Shown one piece after another: positions 52,370 to 61,992 of a stretch of 64,000 nucleotides of DNA. Origin of the DNA: Thermoanaerobaculia bacterium (GTDB lineage Bacteria > Acidobacteriota > Thermoanaerobaculia > Multivoradales > JAHZIX01). Within the stretch, counting starts at the first letter, position 1; every line of letters starts with the position of its first letter. The stretch spans positions 67,175 through 131,174 of the forward strand of contig JALXFE010000182.1 in assembly GCA_027069135.1 (NCBI GenBank), in the 5' to 3' direction. Both the position numbers and the translations under genes were made by a program. The notes under the pieces are model-generated. The model worked only from the letters and a program-made list of their open reading frames with translations, made no database searches and was not told the origin of the DNA.

Positions 52370-53875
52370 ATGAGCTCCCGTAGGGCAGGCGTTCTCCTGC
52401 ACCCGACTTCGTTGCCTGGTCCCGGTGGCGCCGGCGACTTGGGCCCGGCGGCGTCGACATTCCTCGGCTGGCTGTCCCGAGCCGGGCAGAGCGTCTGGCA
52501 GGTCTTACCCCTGGGCCCCACGGATTCCCAAGGATCTCCTTATGGTGGCCTCTCGGCTTTTGCCGGCAATCCCCTCCTCATCTCGCCGGATCGGCTCCTG
52601 TCTTCCGGCTTGTTGCGTACCGAAGACTTCGACCTTCTTCCCAGGACCCGAGAGGAAAAGCCGGTCGACTTCACCGCGGTCGGTGCATCGAAGGATCGCC
52701 TGTTGCGCCGGGCTTTTGAGCGTTTCGAGGCGGAGGGGGAGGGGGAGCTTCAAGATCGGTTCCGGATCTTCCGGCAAGCCCCGGAGCAGCGGTTCTGGCT
52801 CGAGGACTGGACTTTGTTTTCGGCCCTTCGAAGGCTCCACCGGGGGAAGGCCTGGTGGGCCTGGCCCCGGTCCCTGGCGGACCGGGATGAGGCGTCTCTC
52901 GGCAAGGCCCTCGAAGAGCACCGCCGGGAGGTCAGGTATCACGGATTCGTACAATTCCTTTTCGAGGCTCAGTGGCAGCAGATCCGCCGTGAAGCGGGGA
53001 AGCGGGGAATCCTTCTGCTGGGGGATGTGCCCATCTATCCTTCCCTGGACAGCGCCGACGTCTGGGCCCATCGCCGCCTCTTTCAGTTGGACGAGCGGGG
53101 GCAGCCCGAAGCAGTGGCCGGGGTACCCCCGGATGATTTTTCCGTCACTGGGCAGCGGTGGGGAAATCCTCTCTACGATTGGCAAGCCTGTCGCAGCGAG
53201 GGGTTTTCCTGGTGGGTGGAGCGCGTTGCGGCAGATCTTCGGCGAGTGGACCGGCTGCGCATCGACCATTTCCGGGGCTTTGCGGCCTATTGGCGGATTC
53301 CCGCCGATGCCGAGACCGCCGAGACGGGGACCTGGGAACCCGGCCCCGGGAGTTCTCTTTTTGACGCCCTCGAGGAACGTCTCGGTTCTTTGCCCCTGCT
53401 GGCGGAGAATCTGGGCGTCATCACCCCGCAGGTGGAGGAGCTGCGTCAACGCTACCACCTGCCGGGAATGGCCGTTCTCCAATTCGCCTTCTCCGGCCAC
53501 GGGATGGCCCCGGAGCACACTCCCCACGAGCTCGCTGCGGATACCGTCGTCTACACCGGCACCCACGACAACCCCACCACCGCCAGCTGGTACCGGGACC
53601 TCTCGGAGGCCACCCGGCGCCAGGTCGAGAGCTATTGTTCAGCCCACGGCCTAGAGATCCCCTGGGCCATGATCCGCCTCGCCCACCACTCGGCTGCCGA
53701 CTTGGCCATCATCCCCGTCCAGGACCTCCTCGCCCTAGGCGACGATGGCCGCATGAACACCCCCGGCACCCTCGGCGGCAACTGGCAGTGGCGCCTAAAA
53801 GAGGGGGCTCTGACCCCGGAGCTCGCAGAGCGTTTGGGCCAGCTGACGGCGGAGTCCGGACGGCGGTCCGGCTGA
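52370..53875 (+). CDS. malQ: 4-alpha-glucanotransferase (amylomaltase, GH77)
   Basis: RRAGVLLHPTSLPG, WQVLPLGP, GQRWGNPLYDW, RIDHFRGF, YTGTHDN, RMNTPG. Confidence 0.96.
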   Translation: MSSRRAGVLLHPTSLPGPGGAGDLGPAASTFLGWLSRAGQSVWQVLPLGPTDSQGSPYGGLSAFAGNPLLISPDRLLSSGLLRTEDFDLLPRTREEKPVDFTAVGASKDRLLRRAFERFEAEGEGELQDRFRIFRQAPEQRFWLEDWTLFSALRRLHRGKAWWAWPRSLADRDEASLGKALEEHRREVRYHGFVQFLFEAQWQQIRREAGKRGILLLGDVPIYPSLDSADVWAHRRLFQLDERGQPEAVAGVPPDDFSVTGQRWGNPLYDWQACRSEGFSWWVERVAADLRRVDRLRIDHFRGFAAYWRIPADAETAETGTWEPGPGSSLFDALEERLGSLPLLAENLGVITPQVEELRQRYHLPGMAVLQFAFSGHGMAPEHTPHELAADTVVYTGTHDNPTTASWYRDLSEATRRQVESYCSAHGLEIPWAMIRLAHHSAADLAIIPVQDLLALGDDGRMNTPGTLGGNWQWRLKEGALTPELAERLGQLTAESGRRSG

Positions 53876-54049
53876 GACTGAGCCCGCCATTTCCATTTCG
53901 AAATCAGGGTATTCCTATGTCCGCATCTCACAGCCCCACTGGCTTCAGAGTGGCGGTGCTTCGAGCCGGCAACCCAGATGGGAAGTGGTGTGATAATCTT
54001 CAAGGCACGCTTCTGTTAGAAAAATCGACAAGGTGAGAGCTAGAAACAG

Positions 54050-56350
54050 GTGGCACTGCAGCAGAGCAAGCGTCTGGCGGGAGAGGGGACGGAGGACTCT
54101 CCGAAGAAGGCCCGGCAAATTTCCGGGCGCACAGTCATCGCTCATATTTCGGATCTTCATCTGGACAGCGCAAGCAGGACCGACAAGGGGATTTGGGAAG
54201 CCTTGCGCCAGAGCCTGAAGGAACAGTGCGGCCGTGTCGATCTTCTGGTTGTCAGCGGGGACCTCGTGGAATTGCCGGCCTGGGGTTCGAAAAAGGTCTT
54301 CGAGAGGGCCAAGAAGTATCTGTTGGAGTTGTCCAAAGTGCTGGATATCGATTCCGGAAATCGACTTCTGGTGGTACCGGGGAACCACGACGTCCGGTGG
54401 CTGCGGGGCTCACTACGACATCGGTCTAAGGCCCTGGAGAATTTCAAAGAGGTCTTCAAGGAGCAGATGCCGGCGTATCGGTTCTTCAGGCCTTTGAAGC
54501 TATTCGCTTTTCTCTTCGACTCGAATCCGAAGGGCTTCTGGCCAGATCTCGCTGCCGGTTTCGTCGAAGGGGATGAGTTGGTACGTCTACGGAAGCTGGT
54601 CCAAGAGATTCGTAAAGATTTCCCGCAGGAATGGCAAGAGGCCGCGCGAATCGCTGTCGTCCACCACCATCCCATGCCGATCGCTGCGACCCAGGTCGAA
54701 GCGCGCAAGTTGATCGGCGGTGAGCCCTACATGTTGCTCAAGAATGCCAGTGTTTTCATGACGGAAGTCCTTCGCTCGGACCTCGAGTTGGTCCTCCATG
54801 GGCACCGCCACTACCCGGCGGTATCCCGCGCTCACTTTCAGGAAGGTGGCAGCTTGAATCGTGCTCTTACCGTGGTCGGGGCGGGAAGTGTCGGCAAGGA
54901 AGATGATTGCAAACGCTCTTACGGGGTGTTGACTCTCGAGGATTCCGGTGAGGTGACCCTCCAAGAGTACCGTCTGGAAGCTGCTACCTACAGTGCCCTA
55001 AAGCCCGCTCGTCGGCTGATCACCTATGAAGAATCCCGCCCAGCGCGAATTCGCCGCCTGCTCGAGAAGAAGGCGCCTCCCTTGAGGGTTGGACGGTACT
55101 CCTGCCATTGGTCGATTCAAGCAGGATCCGGAGATGTCGACATTCGCTGGACCGTCGAGCAAGCCCAGGCCTTCGGCGAGATCCCGGTACCCTCTATTCG
55201 TCGGGAGTTCACTTCTCGCTCGGGGTATGTCCAACCACCGGTCTACTCGTGCGAAAGTGCAACGCAGGAGGTAGGCTTCCAGCCTGGAAACTCGCCTTCG
55301 AATGGTCTCGTGGAGTACAAACCGTCGGTGGGGGAGGATCCCATCTCCTATTCCGCCGAGATCCAGGTCTTCAACGCTTTTCATTTCAACCAGCGGGATC
55401 GGCTGGATGCAACGGCGGAAAAGAGTGACCGTGAGTACGTCTCGGCTGGCGCCGCACAGTGTTGCGAGACCCTCGCCCTTTCGGTCGCATTCCCGGAGCG
55501 CCATTTCCCTCGATCCTTTCAAGCCAGGGTGCGGAGACCGAATCCGGCAGGGGGGATGATTCCCGCCGAAACGGAGTCCAAGTACGCTGCGAGATTCCTC
55601 ACTCTAGCTATCCGGAATTGCGTTGCGACCCTCGTGGTGCCCAAGCCGCTGCCAGGTTACCGCTACGAGATTTCCTGGGCCCTACCGAAGAGCGAGTTCG
55701 ATGAGACCGAGCTTGAGGCGAATGTTAAGAAGCACGCGGAGGAAATCCGTCATCGCCTCCGGGAACGCGGGAGTAGGCAAAAGGTGCGGAACGCTCTGAG
55801 CGGACTCAAGGAATCACTTGAGCGAATCGATGAATGTGAGCAGGAGCTCGATGCAGCGGTCTTCGTCTATCGAGCGGGGAGGCTCCACCCGGTAGTGTCC
55901 GTGGGATCCGATTCTTTCTTGAAAGGTTTGGTGGGTCGGTCGGTCGGTGTCGGCCAAACCCACGTTGGACAGGCCCACCGACGCCGTGAGATCCAGACGG
56001 GGGTCCGCCATGAGATGGCGACAGACGCGGAGTTCTATTTCGATGCCGAGAGAGATCCCGGAGTCCTCGTCGAAGGGAAAGAGGCGTGGCTAGCGGTTCC
56101 TCTGATGTACCCCATCTCTAAGCAGCTCTCCGTGGGGTTGCGGGTCGCCGTTGTTTGGTGCGGTACTGATTCCCGCCTGTCAGTCCTCAATTGCCTCGAA
56201 GACAAGGCTACCGGCGGAAAGATTCAGAAAGCCTGGGGCAAGGCCATCTTGTCCTGGTACGGAAATACGCTTCTTCCCGCTCTGGGCCTCGAACCTGCTC
56301 TGGAGCTCGAAGTTGACGGAAAAGAGGGCAAACAGGTAAGATCCGAATGA
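54050..56350 (+). CDS. Calcineurin-like metallophosphoesterase with long uncharacterised C-terminal domains
   Basis: HISDLH, VSGDL, PGNHD, HHHP, LHGHRH; about 440 further residues. Confidence 0.85.
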   Translation: MALQQSKRLAGEGTEDSPKKARQISGRTVIAHISDLHLDSASRTDKGIWEALRQSLKEQCGRVDLLVVSGDLVELPAWGSKKVFERAKKYLLELSKVLDIDSGNRLLVVPGNHDVRWLRGSLRHRSKALENFKEVFKEQMPAYRFFRPLKLFAFLFDSNPKGFWPDLAAGFVEGDELVRLRKLVQEIRKDFPQEWQEAARIAVVHHHPMPIAATQVEARKLIGGEPYMLLKNASVFMTEVLRSDLELVLHGHRHYPAVSRAHFQEGGSLNRALTVVGAGSVGKEDDCKRSYGVLTLEDSGEVTLQEYRLEAATYSALKPARRLITYEESRPARIRRLLEKKAPPLRVGRYSCHWSIQAGSGDVDIRWTVEQAQAFGEIPVPSIRREFTSRSGYVQPPVYSCESATQEVGFQPGNSPSNGLVEYKPSVGEDPISYSAEIQVFNAFHFNQRDRLDATAEKSDREYVSAGAAQCCETLALSVAFPERHFPRSFQARVRRPNPAGGMIPAETESKYAARFLTLAIRNCVATLVVPKPLPGYRYEISWALPKSEFDETELEANVKKHAEEIRHRLRERGSRQKVRNALSGLKESLERIDECEQELDAAVFVYRAGRLHPVVSVGSDSFLKGLVGRSVGVGQTHVGQAHRRREIQTGVRHEMATDAEFYFDAERDPGVLVEGKEAWLAVPLMYPISKQLSVGLRVAVVWCGTDSRLSVLNCLEDKATGGKIQKAWGKAILSWYGNTLLPALGLEPALELEVDGKEGKQVRSE

Positions 56351-56365
56351 GAGGAGAATAACGAC

Positions 56366-56533
56366 GTGGTCCTGAAGAAAACGCGCCTTACACCGTCCAC
56401 TTGTAGCTTCCAGTTGACCCTCGATTCCCTCCCGGACAAAGATCCAGAGCATTATTTCCAGGAGCTCAAGCGGCTGAGCAAGGCCGCTCGCGCTTCTTCT
56501 GAAGAGGTAAGCCGCGGGGACTCTGAGGGCTGA
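56366..56533 (+). CDS. Small 55-aa ORF (MVLKKTRLTPSTCSFQLTLDSLPDKDPEHYFQELKRLSKAARASSEEVSRGDSEG), below the ORF-track cutoff
   Basis: GAGGAG RBS immediately after the phosphoesterase stop; GTG start; TGA 56531-33. Confidence 0.5.
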   Translation: MVLKKTRLTPSTCSFQLTLDSLPDKDPEHYFQELKRLSKAARASSEEVSRGDSEG

Positions 56534-56685
56534 CAACCCGACGATCTGGAATCCTGCCGGCTGCACCATCGAGTGGTCGAGGCTCCTTTTCTGTTTTTTT
56601 CAGTTCTGCGACACTCCTACCTAAGTCCTTGTTAGATTTCTCGGCCTCTCCACCCATACCTACAATTCTCGACTCTTGTCGGCTG

Positions 56686-57735
56686 CTATGGCCCTTCCAG
56701 CCACGCCGTGCGGCCGAGCAGGCTCTTAAGGTCGACCCGCTGTTCGAGCTGTTGCTCCGGGGTGATGGGCGGTAGGTAGCGCAGGGCCGTAAAGCCCGGG
56801 TCTTCGGCGAGGAGAAGCTCGTCGGCGGGCCTCGGGTGGGTGAAGAAGAGGTTGGCCGTTTTCTCGAGGCTGGTGTGGGGCAGGAGGCGGTAGACCGCGG
56901 CGGTGGGTTTGCCGGAAGGATCCCGTTCGAGCTCGAGGCTCAGATGGAGAAGGCCGTGGGGCTCGCCTAAGGTCCGTAGGTCGAGTCGATAGGTATCGAG
57001 GTGCAGATTCCGGAAGATCGTAAGGGCTGTGTCGTAGCAGGGGCTGCCGGTGATTCGAAGATCGTCGCAGACGCGGGCTCGCAGAATGCGCGTCAAGAGC
57101 TCGAAAGTGCGAAGATCTTCCAAGGTAAATCTACAGTGGAGGCCCTGGACCATCCGCCCCAAGCTGGGCCGGTGGGCTGCGGCGCTGGGCGAGGCATGGG
57201 GGCCCACGAGATTGTCGATGCGCAGGGCCGGCGCGTCGGCGACGGCGGGAATGCCCTGGTCGCTGAGCTCCAGGAAAAGGGCGTTGCCCTCCCCATCCGG
57301 TACCAGGTCCGAAGCCAACGGGTCTCGGACCGCCACCACGACATCCCGCAGCATCTCCGAGGGATCGCGGGGTGCTCGGACCCCGGCGCTCAGGGAGAAC
57401 CAGAGTTGCGTCTCCGGCGAGGTTCGGCGGTTGTCTCGGGTGATCTGCCCGAGGACGGCAAGTCCCAGCGGTGAGCCGCAGCGGTCCCGGACGGCGTAGG
57501 TCACCTGGAGCGCTCCCGGCGCGTCACTCGAAATATGAGTTCTGGCGGTCAGACCCGCGAGCCGAAAGGCGTCGTTCTCGCGCTCTCGAGGATGAAGCAC
57601 TCCCGCGGGCCGGCGGGTCGCTAGAAGCAAGAGGTTGGCGACCACCAGGATTGCCGCAAGGAATATCAACGCAGCGACCCCGGGGGAGCGGCCGTCTTTC
57701 CTCTTCGTACTCTTTTTCTTCGTAGCTGTCTTCAT
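56686..57735 (-). CDS. Hypothetical membrane-anchored exported protein
   Basis: ATGA overlap with the opgC-like gene; Lys-rich N-terminus plus TM helix. Confidence 0.7.
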   Translation of the reverse strand: MKTATKKKSTKRKDGRSPGVAALIFLAAILVVANLLLLATRRPAGVLHPRERENDAFRLAGLTARTHISSDAPGALQVTYAVRDRCGSPLGLAVLGQITRDNRRTSPETQLWFSLSAGVRAPRDPSEMLRDVVVAVRDPLASDLVPDGEGNALFLELSDQGIPAVADAPALRIDNLVGPHASPSAAAHRPSLGRMVQGLHCRFTLEDLRTFELLTRILRARVCDDLRITGSPCYDTALTIFRNLHLDTYRLDLRTLGEPHGLLHLSLELERDPSGKPTAAVYRLLPHTSLEKTANLFFTHPRPADELLLAEDPGFTALRYLPPITPEQQLEQRVDLKSLLGRTAWLEGP

Positions 57736-58865
57736 CTCGGTACCCAACCAAAAAGGATCCGTCGCCGGACCATCCACCACAGGAGTCCGATGAGAAGGAT
57801 ATCTGCTGGCACAAACCACCAGAGGCCGGCAGTGGGCTCGACGCCGAGCCGCGCTATCCCTTCCTTGCTCCACCAGACGACTGGAATATGCATCAGGAAG
57901 ACGTAGAGAGAGCTCTGCCCGAAGGCGAGGAGGAGGTTCCCGGTGGCAGACTTCAAGGGCCGCCAGAAGCGGTCCGTCAGCTCGAAGAGAAGGGCGAACG
58001 TCACGAAGAGGTTGACGAGCCGTAGCGGTCCCAGGTGTTCCCGGCCGAAAGACCAATAAATCCACGGGCTCGGAATCCGGAGGAGATGTAAATCTTGGCC
58101 TCTGCGGAGAAGAACGAAGAACAGCGTCGCCAAGACGAGGGTCACAATCCCGAGGGGGCCTCGAGCGTGCCGCCACCATCGGGCCACTCGCTGCCGGTGG
58201 AATCCGAGTAGCAGGCCGACAAAGAAGAGAAGTTGCCAGGAGGCGATTGGAAAGTCGGAGACCTGTTCGAGAAACGGCACCCGCAGCCGTTGCCCGAGCG
58301 CAAGATTAGCGCCCCAGATTCCGAAGGTCGCCGCCACCAGCCAGAGACTGCGGCCTCGCACCAGGGCCCAGAGAGCCAAAGGGGTCAGGGCCAGGAAGGC
58401 CACATATCGGGGCAGGACGCTCAGGAAATAGGGCTGGTCGAAGCCGAAGAGGGATGGCCAATGGAAATCACCGATCCACAACTCCAGGAACCAGCCGTTA
58501 CTCAGTGCTCCCATGGCCTCGAGGGAGACGAAAAGGAACACCAGCCCCAAGTTGGCAAGGTAGAGCTGCAAGGCTCGGGTCAAGATCTTTCGGCTGGTAG
58601 GTCCGAGGCCCTCTTCCAGGGCTCGCCGGCCATGGACGATGCCGACGACGGCTCCGGAAATGAAGAAGAAAGCTTCCGCCGCGGTGACATACCCCAGCCA
58701 CTGCTGGACGACGTGGAGGGGGGTATGCAAGAGGTGGTTGAAAATCATCTTCAACAGGCATAGACCCCGGAGCAAGTCGAGGCGCAGGTCGCGCCGACTC
58801 TCGGACGGCCGATAGCGTCGGGAAAGGGCGCTATCTTCCTGTGATCGATGGTGCTCCGGCTTCAT
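57732..58865 (-). CDS. OpgC-family membrane acyltransferase
   Basis: RDLRLDLLRGLCL, TAAEAFFFISG, SWQLLFF, GQSSLYVF. Confidence 0.85.
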   Translation of the reverse strand: MKPEHHRSQEDSALSRRYRPSESRRDLRLDLLRGLCLLKMIFNHLLHTPLHVVQQWLGYVTAAEAFFFISGAVVGIVHGRRALEEGLGPTSRKILTRALQLYLANLGLVFLFVSLEAMGALSNGWFLELWIGDFHWPSLFGFDQPYFLSVLPRYVAFLALTPLALWALVRGRSLWLVAATFGIWGANLALGQRLRVPFLEQVSDFPIASWQLLFFVGLLLGFHRQRVARWWRHARGPLGIVTLVLATLFFVLLRRGQDLHLLRIPSPWIYWSFGREHLGPLRLVNLFVTFALLFELTDRFWRPLKSATGNLLLAFGQSSLYVFLMHIPVVWWSKEGIARLGVEPTAGLWWFVPADILLIGLLWWMVRRRILFGWVPR

Positions 58866-59027
58866 GATGGTCCGCTGATCTCGGCGCGAATTCTTGTGTT
58901 GGATTCCCTAAGACCATCTTAGCGAAACGGCAGCCGGTGCTGACTCTTCCCCCGAAAAATCACCGCCGAGGCGACTCTGGCGATGTCCTGCAAGACAAGG
59001 GCATTGCCGGGCCGCGATTTTCTTTCG

Positions 59028-59036
59028 TGGTAGAAT
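59028..59036 (+). promoter_or_regulatory. Extended -10 promoter element for the YqiJ-flotillin operon
   Basis: TG-G-TAGAAT about 100 nt upstream of GTG 59140. Confidence 0.45.
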
Positions 59037-59139
59037 TTGAAACGTGTATCCCCTTTTTCTCGTAGTGCTCGGGGAACGCCTGACATCGGACCGGTAGATT
59101 CGTCTCCGGTATTTGAAGCGGAGGAAAGCTGACATCAGC

Positions 59140-59952
59140 GTGAGCAGTTTTTGGCACACCATCATCTCGTTTCCCACGGTAGTTCTTACCGTACCGCTGG
59201 CATTGGTGGTGGCCTATTGGGGAGCGGTGTTCTCCGGCCTGCTGGATTTTGGTGAGGGCGGTGGGGGAGACCTGGATGGCGCCCTCGAAGGAAGTCTGGA
59301 AGGAGCATTGGAGGTCGCAGATCTGGACTTCGACGTGGACGCCGGCTTGGAAGGGGCACTGGACGGCGACGCCGCCTTGGATGCCGACGGTCTCTTCGAC
59401 GGCCCCTTGAGCGTCCTGCGGGCTCCGTTGGGTTGCATCGGCTCAGTGCTCGGCACTTTCGGCTTGGTGGGGGTTCCCCTCACCATGGTGTTGTCGCTTC
59501 TTCTCTTCTTCGGCTGGCTCCTGAGCTTCGGCGGCACGCGCCTCCTGGCCAAGGTGGGGATCGGAGTGGCCGCCGTCGGGGGGTTGACCCTCCTCGCAAG
59601 CCTCTCGGTCCTGGGGGGGGCCGTCTTCCTGGGGCTGGCCCTGACCTCTGTTGCGGTGCGGCCTCTCAAGCCTCTTTTTAAGATTCATACAGCTCGGTCT
59701 CGCCAGGAGTGGGTCGGCTCTGTCTGTACTATCCGTACCGGCAGTGTCGATAAGGACTTCGGCCAGGGCGAGATCGACGACGGCGGCGCCGGCCTTCTGC
59801 TCGATGTGCGCTGCCTCGAACCCAACACATTGCGGCGCGGCAGCCCGGCTCTGATCTACGATCATGACGCAAAGCGGGATGTCTACCTGGTCAATAGCCG
59901 GGGTGCCGAGATCCAACGAAACCTCGATTCGGAAAATAGGGAGTCAATATGA
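59140..59952 (+). CDS. YqiJ/NfeD-like membrane protein with C-terminal OB-fold
   Basis: FPTVVLT...YW, acidic loop, GVPLTMVLS, C-terminal GSVD..FGQGEIDDGGAGLLLDVRC. Confidence 0.82.
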   Translation: MSSFWHTIISFPTVVLTVPLALVVAYWGAVFSGLLDFGEGGGGDLDGALEGSLEGALEVADLDFDVDAGLEGALDGDAALDADGLFDGPLSVLRAPLGCIGSVLGTFGLVGVPLTMVLSLLLFFGWLLSFGGTRLLAKVGIGVAAVGGLTLLASLSVLGGAVFLGLALTSVAVRPLKPLFKIHTARSRQEWVGSVCTIRTGSVDKDFGQGEIDDGGAGLLLDVRCLEPNTLRRGSPALIYDHDAKRDVYLVNSRGAEIQRNLDSENRESI

Positions 59953-61871
59953 TCGGTAGATACCTCAGGAAAGTAGAGCAAGGCCAAGCGTTGATCGTCA
60001 ACAAAGGCGGAGCTGATCCCGTCGTGACCTTCACGAGGGCCTTCGTACTGCCGGTGGTACATAAAGCCGAGATCATGGATATTTCGGTCAAGACGATCGA
60101 GATCGATCGTCGAGGCTCCGAAGGGCTGATCTGCCGCGACAACATCCGGGCGGATATCAAAGTGACTTTTTTCGTTCGGGTCAACAAGACCCGGGAGGAT
60201 GTCGTCAAGGTCGCCCAGAGCATCGGCTGTATCCGAGCCTCGAGCGTCCAGGCTCTAGAAGAGCTCTTCAGCGCCAAGTTTTCGGAAGCCTTGAAGACCG
60301 TGGGCAAACAGCTCGATTTTGTGGATCTCTACACCCGTCGAGAAGAGTTCCGGGACGCCATCATCAAAGTCATCGGCAGAGACTTGAACGGATTCGTCTT
60401 GGAAGACGCCGCTATCGACTACCTGGAACAGACCCCCCTGGGGGCTCTGGACAACAGCAATATTCTTGACGCTCAGGGCATTCGCAAGATCACCGAGCTC
60501 ACCTCCATAGAGCACGTCCGCACCAACGAGTTTGAGAACAACGAGCAGAAGCTGATCCGCAAGCAGGATGTGGCGCGTCAAGAGACCATCTTCGAGCTCG
60601 ATCGGCAGGAAGCCGACGCACTGGCCAAGCAGCAGCGGGAGATCAATTCCGTCAAGGCCCGGGAGGGAGCGGAGACCCTTCGGATCCAGGCGGAGGAACG
60701 CCTCAAGTCGGAGAACGCTCGCATCAAGGCCGACGAAGAAATCGCCATCAACGAAGAGAATAAGGAACGCCAGGTGGAAGTGGCCCGCAAGAACCGCGAG
60801 AGGGTGGTCGCCGTCGAGACGGAGCGGGTCGAGAAGGATCGCCTGGTGGAGGTCATCGCCCGGGAGCGGGAGGTCGAGCTGCAGCGTATCTCCAAGGATA
60901 AGGCCCTGGAGGTCGAGCGCAAGGAGATCGCGGAGGTCATCCGTGAGCGTATCGCGGTCGAGAAGACCGTGGCCGAAGAAGAAGAGCGCATCAAGCGGCT
61001 GCGGGTGGTGGAGGAAGCCAACCGTACCAAGGAGGCCACCATCATTACCGCGGAGGCGGAGGCCGAGGAGCTTCTGGTCAAGGACATCAAAGCGGCCGAG
61101 GCGGGAGAGAAGGCGGCGGCTTTCAAGGCCCGGGAGAGGCTGGTCTTGGCCGATGCAGAGCTCGATGCCGCAGACCGCGAGGCCAAGGGCATGATTCGCC
61201 GAGCCGAGGGTGTCCAGGCGGAGGCGGCGGCTTCCGGGCTGGCCGAGGCCCGGGTCCGGGAAGCCGATGCCTTGGCTCTCGAGAAGGTCGGCCTGGCGGA
61301 GGTTCGGGTCAAGGAAGCCGATGCCTTGGCTCTCGAGAAGGTCGGTCGTGCGGAGGCCTCCGTCACGAGGGATCGGGGGCTCGCCGATGGGGATGCGACC
61401 CGTGCCCGGTTGGAAGGCGAAGCCGCCGGTTTGACGGAGAAAGCCCAGGCCATGAAGGTCCTGGATGAATCCAGCCGCGGTCACGAGGAGTTCCGTCTGC
61501 GTTTGGAAATGGAGCGTGCCGTCGAGCTCGAAGGCATCGCAGCCCGCAAAGCCGTGGCGCAAGCGCAGGCCGAGGTGCTGGCAGAGGCGCTCAAGGAAGC
61601 CAAGATCGAGATCGTCGGTGGCGAGGGGGTTTTCCTCGATCGATTGGTCAACGCCATCAGCATGGGCAAGTCCGTCGACCGCTTCGTGGGCAACAGCGAG
61701 AGCGCTCAGAAGCTCTTTGCGGGGTATCTCACGGGAGAGGCCAGCCTGCCGGAAGATGTCCGCAAGATCCTCGAGAGCGCTGTCGGCGGCGGTGGCGATG
61801 CCGGCAAGGTCGCCCTCGGCGCCTTGTTGGCCAAGAAAATGGGGGATGGCAGTGAGCGGGAGGAGGAGTAG
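59949..61871 (+). CDS. SPFH/flotillin-family protein (YqiK-like)
   Basis: GLICRDNIRADIKVTFFVRVN, IDYLEQT, ILDAQGIRKITE; long E/A/K-rich coiled coil. Confidence 0.92.
   Translation: MIGRYLRKVEQGQALIVNKGGADPVVTFTRAFVLPVVHKAEIMDISVKTIEIDRRGSEGLICRDNIRADIKVTFFVRVNKTREDVVKVAQSIGCIRASSVQALEELFSAKFSEALKTVGKQLDFVDLYTRREEFRDAIIKVIGRDLNGFVLEDAAIDYLEQTPLGALDNSNILDAQGIRKITELTSIEHVRTNEFENNEQKLIRKQDVARQETIFELDRQEADALAKQQREINSVKAREGAETLRIQAEERLKSENARIKADEEIAINEENKERQVEVARKNRERVVAVETERVEKDRLVEVIAREREVELQRISKDKALEVERKEIAEVIRERIAVEKTVAEEEERIKRLRVVEEANRTKEATIITAEAEAEELLVKDIKAAEAGEKAAAFKARERLVLADAELDAADREAKGMIRRAEGVQAEAAASGLAEARVREADALALEKVGLAEVRVKEADALALEKVGRAEASVTRDRGLADGDATRARLEGEAAGLTEKAQAMKVLDESSRGHEEFRLRLEMERAVELEGIAARKAVAQAQAEVLAEALKEAKIEIVGGEGVFLDRLVNAISMGKSVDRFVGNSESAQKLFAGYLTGEASLPEDVRKILESAVGGGGDAGKVALGALLAKKMGDGSEREEE
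61259..61345 (+). repeat. In-frame 54-bp duplication within flotillin (EADALALEKVG twice)
   Basis: 33 identical bp at 61259-91 and 61313-45. Confidence 0.85.
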
Positions 61872-61882
61872 GCGCAGGCCTT

Positions 61883-61928
61883 CCCGGGCATGAATGCCCG
61901 GGCTGGTTGCGAGCCCGCCTAAAGGCGG
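61883..61928. repeat. REP-like double-hairpin intergenic element
   Basis: CCCGGGCA-TGAA-TGCCCGGG followed by CTGG, then CCGCCT-AA-AGGCGG. Confidence 0.5.
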
Positions 61929-61992
61929 CCGGTTTGCGGGCGTTGGTCTTGTGTGACCGGTGACCGCCCCTGCGACTGGGCGCCTGGAAAAT

